Positions 52,119-60,211 of a stretch of 64,000 bases of DNA are shown here, in pieces (within the stretch, counting starts at the first letter, position 1; each line of letters starts with the position of its first letter). Source of the DNA: Alphaproteobacteria bacterium (GTDB lineage Bacteria > Pseudomonadota > Alphaproteobacteria > MPNO01 > UBA830). The translations under genes were made by a program, and so were the position numbers. Where the stretch lies: contig OZ251539.1 in assembly GCA_965243135.1 (NCBI GenBank), positions 1,856,001 through 1,920,000 of the forward strand, read 5' to 3'. Below the pieces are notes generated by a model. The model did not search any database. It saw only the letters and a list, made by a program, of their open reading frames with translations, and was not told the origin of the DNA.

Positions 52119-53654
52119 TCAGGCGGGCTCGCAATCGAAGCCGACGACGTTGCGCTCCTCGCGGCTGAACTCCACCCCGATCAGGTGGACCGAACGTCCG
52201 AGACGACGGTACTTGTCCGCATAGCCCTTCTCCCGCAACTGCGCGAGCGCGGTCCCCTCCCGCCCGCGCTCCACCACCTTGAACTCGAACAGGTAGACGC
52301 CGCCGCCGGCGCGGATCGCCATGTCGGCGCGCCCCCGGCTGCCGCTGTCCTCGGCCACCGGCTCGAAGCCCTCCATCAGGAAGCAGCTGTGGATGACGCT
52401 CGCGTAGTGGGCCTCGTACTTCGCGACCGGGCTGTTCATGTACCACTGGTGCGGGATGGCGGCGAAGACGCCGCGGAACAGGGTCCCGATGCGTTCGAAG
52501 TCGTTCGCCTCCAGCAGTTCGCCCAGCCGCAGGCGCCCCGTCTTCTTGCGGGCCTCGACCGGGAGCAGTTCTTCCAGCAAGGCCTCGCCCAGGCTCTGGC
52601 GCACCTCGAGGTTCGGGTAGTCCAGCCTGTAGCGCCCGTCCTCCTCGCCGACGATGGTGAGGTAGCCGGTCTGGAACAGAAGCGCCTCGACCGAGATATT
52701 GTCCACGTCGAAGGTCGAGAGCAGGCTCTCGCTGCCGATCATGCCGTCCAGGTCGGGAGTGGGCAGGTCGCGGCGCGCCAGCGTCTCGACCAGGAAGGTC
52801 GGCGTGCCGCTATGGAACCAGTAGTTGCCGAACTTGCGTTTGTCGAACAGCAGCAGGAGGCCGAACGGGTTGTAGACCCTCTCCGGTCCGAGCCAGTTGT
52901 AGCCGTTGTACCAGCGGCGGACCTCGTCCCGGTCCAGGCCCTCGAGTTCCGTGGCGAAGACCGCGTCCAGTTCCGCGTCCGTGCAACCGCAGATGGCGCC
53001 GTAGCGCTCGTCCAGCGTGATGTCGTTCAGGTTGTTCAGGCCCGAGAACAGGCCCGCCTTCGAGAATTTGCTCACTCCCGTCAGGAAAACGAAACGGAGA
53101 TGCTCGTCGCAGTCCTTGATAACCCCGTACAGGCTGCGCAGGAAGTCCCGGTTGGCCCGCGCCAGCTCCCGGTCGCCGAGCGCGTCCAGGATCGGCTTGT
53201 CGTATTCGTCCACCAGAACCACCGCCCGCTGCCCGGTGCGTTCGTGCAGGTCCGCGATCAGTTCCCGGAAGCGGACCGAAACTCTGGCGCCGCCCGGCTC
53301 GATGCCGGCCCGCCTCTCCGCCGCCTTCAGTTGCGATTCCGTTTCTTCCCGAACTCCGTCCGGGTCGCCGAAATCGCCCCCGCCGAAGCTGATCCGCACG
53401 ACCGGATGGCGTATCGACCAGTCCCACTTGCCGTGCACGGCGAGGCCCCGGAACAGCTCCTCGCTTCCCTCGAACAGCCTCTGCAGCGTGTCCACCAGCA
53501 GGGTCTTGCCGAACCGGCGCGGACGCGACAGGAAATAGTAATCGCCCTCTTCGACGAGGCGGCGCACATGGTCCGTCTTGTCGACGTAGTAGCAGTTCCT
53601 CGTCCGGATTTTCCGGAGGGAGGTCATGCCGATCGGAAGCATGCGTTTCGCCAT
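52119..53654 (-). CDS. AAA-ATPase + PD-(D/E)XK nuclease, copy B2
   Basis: Intact 511 aa; promoter TTGACG-N17-TACTCT-N6-ATG at 53661-53689. Confidence 0.92.
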   Translation of the reverse strand: MAKRMLPIGMTSLRKIRTRNCYYVDKTDHVRRLVEEGDYYFLSRPRRFGKTLLVDTLQRLFEGSEELFRGLAVHGKWDWSIRHPVVRISFGGGDFGDPDGVREETESQLKAAERRAGIEPGGARVSVRFRELIADLHERTGQRAVVLVDEYDKPILDALGDRELARANRDFLRSLYGVIKDCDEHLRFVFLTGVSKFSKAGLFSGLNNLNDITLDERYGAICGCTDAELDAVFATELEGLDRDEVRRWYNGYNWLGPERVYNPFGLLLLFDKRKFGNYWFHSGTPTFLVETLARRDLPTPDLDGMIGSESLLSTFDVDNISVEALLFQTGYLTIVGEEDGRYRLDYPNLEVRQSLGEALLEELLPVEARKKTGRLRLGELLEANDFERIGTLFRGVFAAIPHQWYMNSPVAKYEAHYASVIHSCFLMEGFEPVAEDSGSRGRADMAIRAGGGVYLFEFKVVERGREGTALAQLREKGYADKYRRLGRSVHLIGVEFSREERNVVGFDCEPA

Positions 53655-53754
53655 CGGAAGAGAGTAGGCCGCCGCGCCGGAGCCGTCAAGAAATCGGCGG
53701 CGGCAGGCGCGTCCCCTGGCGCGGCAAGCAGCCGGCAGTTTCCGCTGCGGCGGC

Positions 53755-54235
53755 GGGCGTCGGCGGGTTTTCCGGCGGCGGCCTGAAACGGAGGACGACC
53801 AACAGGGAGAGCGCCGCCGCGCCCAGACAAGAAGTCCGCCAGCCGGCGACGCCCGGAAGCGACACGACCGGAAGCTGTCGCCGCGCCCGAAACGGCGAGG
53901 TCGACCGCCAGTCCGCGCCTGCGAACGAAGTAGCGGGAAACCGCGGCCGTGACCAGCGGCAGCGAGACGGCCGCCCGCCCGCCCACAAGTCCGAACGGAA
54001 GGTAGGCGGTTCCGCGGCGAAGGCGGTGCCGCCGGCAGCGAGGGCGCCCGCGGCGAACGGCGCCCCGCAGCGGTCCCTGCCCGCCACCGGAGACCCGACG
54101 GCCACCCAAGGAGGCGGCGGCCTGCGCTCCCGTCCACCCGAGTTCCGACTGCCAAGACGGGAGAACCATGCTCACGGACGACCGCGCGCCGAAAGTGAAG
54201 GCCAGCGCGGCGAAGCAGACGACGGCCGGCGCGCG
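53755..54235 (-). pseudogene. Longer decayed MFS relic (N-terminal half)
   Basis: AVVCFAALAFTFGARSSVSMVLPSWQSELGWT, plus a segment matching 63815-64000. Confidence 0.75.
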
Positions 54236-54464
54236 TCTCGTCGGTCACCGGAGTCGCGCTCCTGCGCCGCGTCGCCCGGCGAAACGCCGGAAATCCGCCC
54301 CGGCGCCGGCCGCGAAACGGCGCGCCGCCGAAAAGGGACGGCCGCAACTCCGGAAGAGCCGCGTCACCGCGCAGCATGGCGACCAGCACTTTGTTGGTTG
54401 CCTCAACCACGCCTGACGGCGTAGCCTCCGACCTTCAGGATCGCGTAGCGCATGCGACGCCGGT

Positions 54465-54680
54465 CCTTCCGTTCACGCGGCCTCCCCATTTCCGGCAGAC
54501 GTAAAGCGGCCAGATGAAAATCGTCGGTGAGACGCGAAGGTGAACGGCGAAAGGCAGATCTCGTCGATGTCGAGTTCCTCCCGAAGCTCCCGGGCCCGGC
54601 GTCCCTCCGCCGCCGGCCGCCGGGGAATTCCCCCGCTCCGCCCTCCGGCCGCCGCGACGGCGAAAACGACCGGCTCTCCA
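54465..54680 (-). pseudogene. mutT: mutT relic (best preserved copy)
   Basis: PVVFAVAAA / RPEG..GEFPGG / RELREELDIDEICLSPFTFASH / DDFHL / PLYVCRKW. Confidence 0.85.
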
Positions 54681-54790
54681 GCCCTGCGGCGCGGAACCCG
54701 GAGACGCGCCCGGCCCGCGAAGCCTGCAGGGAGACGCCGCCGGCCCCGAAGCGGCGTTCTTTCGCGGAGGCGGCCGTGACGGGAAGCCGT

Positions 54791-56297
54791 TCAGGCGGGC
54801 TCGCAGCCGACGACGTTGCGCTCCTCGCGGCTGAACTCCACCAGGTGGACCGAACGTCCGAGACGGCGGTACTTGTCCGCGTAGCCCTTCTCCCGCAGTT
54901 GCGCGAGCGCGCCCCCCTCCCGTCCGCGCTCCACCACCTTGAACTCGAACAGGTAGACGCGCCCGCCGACGCGGATCGCCATGTCGGCGCGCCCCCGGCT
55001 GCCGCTGTCCTCGGCCACCGGCTCGAAGCCCTCCATCAGGAAGCAGCTGTGGATGACGCTCGCGTAGTGGGCCTCGTACACCGGGCTGTTCATGTACCAC
55101 TGGTGCGGGGCGAAGACGCCGCGGAACAGGGTTCCGATGCGTTCGAAGTCGTTCGCCTCCAGCAGTTCGCCCAGCCGCAGGCGCCCCGTTTTCTTGCGCG
55201 CCTCGACCGGGAGCAGTTCTCCCAGCAAGGCCTCGCCCAGGCTCTGGCGCACCTCGAGGTTCGGGTAGTCCAGCCGGTAGTGCCTGTCCTCCTCGCCGGC
55301 GATGGTGAGGTAGCCGGTCTGGAACAGAAGCGCCTCGACCGAGATATTGTCCACGTCGAAGGTCGAGAGCAGGCTCTCGCTGCCGATCATGCCGTCCAGG
55401 TCGGGAGTGGGCAGGTCGCGGCGCGCCAGCGTCTCGACCAGGAAGGTCGGCGTGCCGCTATGGAACCAGTAGTTGCCGAACTTGCGTTTGTCGAACAGCA
55501 GCAGGAGGCCGAACGGGTTGTAGACCCTCTCCGGTCCGAGCCAGTTGTAGCCGTTGTACCAGCGCCGGATTTCGTCCCGGTCCAGGCCCTCGAGTTCCGG
55601 GGCGAAGACCGCGTCCAGTTCCGCGTCCGTGCAGCCGCAGATGGCGCCGTAGCGCTCGTCCAGCGTGATGTCGTTCAGGTTGTTCAGGCCCGAGAACAGG
55701 CCCGCCTTCGAGAATTTGCTCACTCCCGTCAGGAAAACGAAACGGAGATGCTCGTCGCAGTCCTTGATAACCCCGTACAGGCTGCGCAGGAAGTCGCGGT
55801 TGGCCCGCGCCAGCTCCCGGTCGCCGAGCGCGTCCAGGATCGGCTTGTCGTATTCGTCCACCAGAACCACCGCCCGCTGCCCGGTGCGTTCGTGCAGGTC
55901 CGCGATCAGTTCCCGGAAGCGGACCGAAACTCTGGCGCCGCCCGGCGCCGGCCCGCCTCTCCGCCGCCCTCAGTTGCGATTCCGTTTCTTCCCGAACTCC
56001 GTCCGGGTCGCCGAAATCGCCCCCGCCGAAGCTGATCCGCACGACCGGATGGCGTATCGACCAGTCCCACCTGCCGTGCACGGCGAGGCCCCGGAACAAC
56101 TCCTCGCTTCCCTCGAACAGCTTCTGCAGCGTGTCCACCAGGAGGGTCTTGCCGAACCGGCGCGGACGCGACAGGAAATAGTACTTGCCCCTCTCGACGA
56201 GGCGGCGCACATGGTCCGTCTTGTCGACGTAGTAGCAGTTCATCCCCCGGATCTCCCGGAGGGAGGAAAAGCCGATCGGAAGCATGCGTTGCGTCAT
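54791..56297 (-). pseudogene. AAA-ATPase + PD-(D/E)XK nuclease, copy B3, frameshifted
   Basis: 5-nt deletion near 55946 (cccggcgccgg vs cccggctcgatgccgg) plus four in-frame 6-nt deletions; promoter retained at 56304-56332. Confidence 0.88.
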
Positions 56298-56519
56298 TCG
56301 AAGAGGGTAGGCCGCCGCGCCGGAGCCGTCAAGAAGTCGGCGGCGGCAGGCCTGTCCGCGTCCCCTGGCGCGGCAAGCAGCCGGCAGTTTCCGCTGCGGC
56401 ACGGCGGGGAAAAACGCGGGGACGAGCGAACCTGTCGCTCCGCGGAAATCCTGCCCCGCTGAGACGAGCGCGTTCGACGCGCGGCCTGGAGGCAGCGGGC
56501 GGAAGCGAACGCCGACGGC

Positions 56520-56930
56520 TGGCGCCGCCAGCAAAGGCGACGCGCGTCGACAACGATCTCGGCACCGGATTCGCGAACCTCGACGGCAAGGTCGACGCCC
56601 TCGCCGCGGAAACCAGGGCCGACGCAACGCGACGGCAAGCGCCCTCGCCAGGGAAAGCCGCGCGCCTCGAAACCACGACGATTGCCGCGGCAGGCCTCGC
56701 CGCCATACTTGCAGTTGGTCCGCCGCACCCGCGCGCGCGACGACATGCGAGTCCCGGCGGCTACATGCACAGGCATGGCAGCGCCGCACCCGCGCGCGCG
56801 ACGACATGCGCCGCAAGCGGCGAAACGCCTGAACGTCAGGCAACGGTTCCGTCGAACGAGAGCGTCGTCCGGTCGAGCGAGCGGACTTCCGCCGCCGAAA
56901 ACCATGGGCTCGTTCGAAACCGTCAACCGA
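56520..56930 (-). pseudogene. Possible relic of an AMP-binding (acyl-CoA ligase) gene N-terminus
   Basis: ARPDDALV..NR.LTFRRFAA and N.KY..E fragments; heavily frameshifted. Confidence 0.3.
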
Positions 56931-57021
56931 AGCGGCTCGCGAAACCGGAAACGGTGACGGCAGGCGTTGGCCTCCGTTTTTGAACTCCTGACCTCTCCGC
57001 AACATCAAAACGGTCGGTCAG

Positions 57022-57193
57022 CAGCAATTCCCGCTAAGGCGGCCGCATGTCCGGAAGGTGCGCCGAGAAGGCGAAATCACCAAGGGACAAGCCGCCGCGA
57101 CAAATCCCTCAGGCAAATCGCACTACCCGGAAAAATCTACGAAAAATTTTTCTGAAACCCCATATTTTCCAAGGGCCATAGCGGGAATTGCCG
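57022..57193. mobile_element. 172-bp MITE, copy 1
   Basis: TIRs CAGCAATTCCCGCTAAGGC / GCCATAGCGGGAATTGCCG; 9-bp direct repeat GTCGGTCAG at 57013-57021 and 57194-57202. Confidence 0.82.
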
Positions 57194-57239
57194 GTCGGTC
57201 AGCCACCATGCGCGTTGCGCTTCAAACTTGAAGGGGCGC

Positions 57240-57352
57240 TCCTCGACGTCGAGTTCCTCCCTGAGCTCCCGGGCCCGGCGTCTCTCCACCGCCGGCCATC
57301 GGGGAATTCCTTGCCCTGCGGCCGCAGCCACGACGAGAACGACCGGCTCTCC
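57240..57352 (-). pseudogene. mutT: mutT relic (5' part)
   Basis: EPVVLVVAAA, GKEFP, GGETP, RELREELD. Confidence 0.65.
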
Positions 57353-57560
57353 AGCCCTGCGGCGCGGAACCCGGAGACGCGCCCGACCCGCGAAGCCTGC
57401 CGGCGCGCGAGCGCCTGCAGGGAGACGCCGCCGGCCCCGAGGCGGCCTCCTCGGCCGGGCGGCCCGTCAAGCCGTGCGACGAACCGGCGGAACCGGCTGC
57501 CGCCGCGGGCCGAACCCGCGTCGGCGTTCTTTCGCGGAGGCGGTCGTGACGGGAAGCCGT

Positions 57561-58059
57561 TCAGGCGGGCTCGCAGCCGACGACGTTGCGCTCCTCGCGG
57601 CTGAACTCCACCAGGTGGACCGAACGTCCGAGACGGCGGTACTTGTCCGCGTAGCCCTTCTCCCGCAGTTGCGCGAGCGCGCCCCCCTTCCGTCCGCGCT
57701 CCACCACCTTGAACTCGAACAGGTAGACGCGCCCGCCGGCGCGGACCGCCATGTCGGCGCGCCCCCGGCTGCCGCTGTCCTCGGCCACCGGCTCAAGGCC
57801 CTCCAAGCAGCTGGACGCTCGCGTAGTGGGCCTCGTACACCGGGCTGTTCATGTACCACTGGTGCGCGGCGAAGACGCCGCGGAAACAGGGTGCGTTCGA
57901 AGTCGTTCGCCGCCAGCAGTTCGCCCAGCCGCAGGCACCCCGTCTTCTTGCGAGCCTCGACCGGGAGCAGTTCTTCCAGCAAGGCCTCGCCCAGGCTCCG
58001 GCGCACCTCGAGGTTCGGGTAGTCCAGCCTGTAGCGTCCGTCCTCCTCGCCGGGGATGG
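57561..58059 (-). pseudogene. 3' fragment of AAA/PD-(D/E)XK copy B4
   Basis: GEEDGRYRLDYPN...EFK...CEPA with multiple microdeletions; its 5' part is replaced by the intron. Confidence 0.88.
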
Positions 58060-58735
58060 GTAGAGTCGAGGACTGGCGCGTTAGCTTTAGGGTCCGGGTT
58101 CCGTCGCTTTCGCTCCGGGCCTCAGTCCGGCTCCCGTGGCCATGTTTCCAGTCCCCGCTCTCCGAACCGGACGTGCGGATTTCCCGCGCCTCCAGCCCTC
58201 GCCCACGGATGAATTGGTAGCGTTCCCAGAACGGCCGGTCTTCCGGACCCGGGAGTTGCACCGTCTCCCATTTCCGTCTGTTTTCCGCTGTCCAACCCGT
58301 CGCCGAGCCTGTTTACGCCTCGGCAACCCCAGCCTCTCGACCGGGTTCCTTCGCTTGTAACGCTTCCGGGATCTCTGACATGTAGTCGGTTGTTAGGCAT
58401 AGCCCCTTCTCCCTTGCGGCCCCTTTCCTCCGCCGGCGTTACCCGGCTTCTCCGGTACTACGGGCCTCTCCGCCACCCGCCGGCCTGCCCCTCGCGAGGT
58501 TCCGGTTGACTCGTGCGCGTCACCGACAGGGTTTCCCGTGTTGCTGCTTCCTTCATTTTCCATGCGTGCCGACCCCCGGCGGAAACGGTCGGTGCTCTTG
58601 TCGTTCTCTTCCCGACCGTCGGCGGCTTTCCCCTAACCTCAGGAGGGTCAGCTCCCGCATTGACCGTTTCGAGGCCTGGTTCACTGCTCGTTTCGGCCCG
58701 CATGTTCGCTGAGCGGCTTTCGCCGCCCTTTCCCG
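58060..58735 (-). mobile_element. Degenerate ORF-less group II intron remnant
   Basis: Minus strand D5-like GCGGGAAATCCGCACGTCCGGTTC; 3' end CGCGCCAGTCCTCGACTCTAC; D2/3-like GTAGTACCGGAGAAGCCGGGTAACGCCGGCGGAGGAAAGGGGCC; no RT ORF; no 5' GTGCG seen. Confidence 0.8.
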
Positions 58736-59520
58736 CGGAATTGCCGCAAGCGCGGATCCGAGGCGTCGACGACCGGGTCGTGCCCGGCCGCGCCGGTCGC
58801 GAACAGCAGAACCGCGTCGCTGGTCGAGGTGTCTCCGTCGACGGTGATCGAATTGAAGGACTTGTCGGCGCTCCGGGACAGAAGCCGCCGGAGCGCGGCG
58901 GCGCCGACCGCCGCGTCCGTGAAGACGAAGGCCAGCATCGTCGCCATGTCGGGCGCGATCATGCCGGATCCCTTGGCGATGCCGCAGACGACGACTTCGG
59001 CGTCTCCGACGCGCGTCTTTCTCCACGACCCCTTCGGAAAGGTGTCGGTGGTCATGATGGCCTCCGCGGCCTCTTTCCAGCCATGCGGGGCCAGGGAGTT
59101 CCGCAGGCTTTCCAGCGAGTTCCGGATGCGCTCGTCGGGAAGGGTCTCGCCGATCACGCCGGTCGAGGCGACGAACACGTGGGATCCGGAGCACGACAGC
59201 ACGTCCGCCGCTTTCTCGACGGTGCGTTCGACCGACTTGCGGCCCTCGAGTCCGGTGAAGGCGTTGGCGTTTTCGGCGTTCACGATCAGCGCCCGGGCCT
59301 CGCCGGCTTCGAGCGCCTGCCGGCACCAGTCGACCGGCGCGGCCGCCGTCCGGGATTTGGTCAACACGCCGGCCGCCCTGGTTCCGGGCGCGAGCGACGC
59401 GAGAAACACGTCCAGCCGTCCGGCGTAACGCAAGCCGCAACAGGCGGCCGCGAGCGAAACGCCCGGGACGGGAGGCATGTCCGGAAAGCCGCCGGGGGCG
59501 AGCGGCGAGATCTTCTTCAT
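58735..59520 (-). pseudogene. argJ: argJ (ornithine acetyltransferase), 3'-truncated at about codon 265
   Basis: STGVIG, IMTTDT, KGSGMIAPDMATML, SFNSITVDGDTSTSD; the frame runs into intron sequence and stops at 58681. Confidence 0.85.
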
Positions 59521-59581
59521 GCGCCTGTCGATTCTCTCGAGCGGCCCGTAACGGCCGTATCGTTTATGCGCACCGAAACGA

Positions 59582-59681
59582 GGCTACTGCAACCTCCGCA
59601 AAAACAAGTCATTCCGTCCGGGCCGTCGCGGCGGGCCGGCTTCGCGGGGGCTACCGCAACCTCCGCAAAAACAAGTCATTC
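59582..59681. repeat. Two 33-bp direct repeats separated by 34 bp
   Basis: GGCTACYGCAACCTCCGCAAAAACAAGTCATTC at 59582-59614 and 59649-59681. Confidence 0.75.
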
Positions 59682-59683
59682 AG

Positions 59684-59855
59684 CAGCAATTCCCGCCAAG
59701 GCGGCCGCATGTCCGGAAGGCGCGCCGAGAAGGCGAAATCACCAAGGGACAAGCCGCCGCGACAAATCCCTCAGGCAAATCGCACCACCCGGAAAAATCT
59801 ACGAAAAATTTTTCTGAAATCCCATATTTTCCAAGGGCCATAGTGGGAATTGCCG
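59684..59855. mobile_element. 172-bp MITE, copy 2
   Basis: Near-identical to 57022-57193 with the same right flank GTCGGTCAG; left flank GTCATTCAG. Confidence 0.82.
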
Positions 59856-59899
59856 GTCGGTCAGCCACCATGCGCGTTGCGCTTCAAACTTGAAGGGGC

Positions 59900-60012
59900 G
59901 CTCCTCGGCGTCGAGTTCCTCCCTGAGCTCCCGGGCCCGGCGTCTCTCCGCCGCCGGCCGTCGGGGAATTCCTTGCCCTGCGGCCGCCGCGACGACGAGA
60001 ACGACCGGCTCT
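59900..60012 (-). pseudogene. mutT: mutT relic (5' part)
   Basis: EPVVLVVAAA, RPQGKEFP, RELREELD. Confidence 0.65.
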
Positions 60013-60211
60013 CCAGCCCTGCGGCGCGGAACCCGGAGACGCGCCCGACCCGCGAAGCCTGCCGGCGCGCGAGCGCCTGCAGGGAACCGTCGTCGGCCGC
60101 GGCGGCCTCCTCGGCCGGGCGGCCCGTCAAGCCGCGCGACGAACCGGCTCCCGCCGCAGGCCGAACCGCGGGCGGCGTTCTTTCGCGGAGGCGGCCGTGA
60201 CGGGAAACCGT

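Noticed and set aside
57561-59520. Spliced argJ-nuclease fusion via the intron
   Set aside because: The intron lacks the 5' GTGCG and an intact D5, and the 3' exon is frameshifted.
59582-59681. CRISPR array
   Set aside because: Only two repeats, no palindrome or typical terminal motif, and no cas genes in the window.
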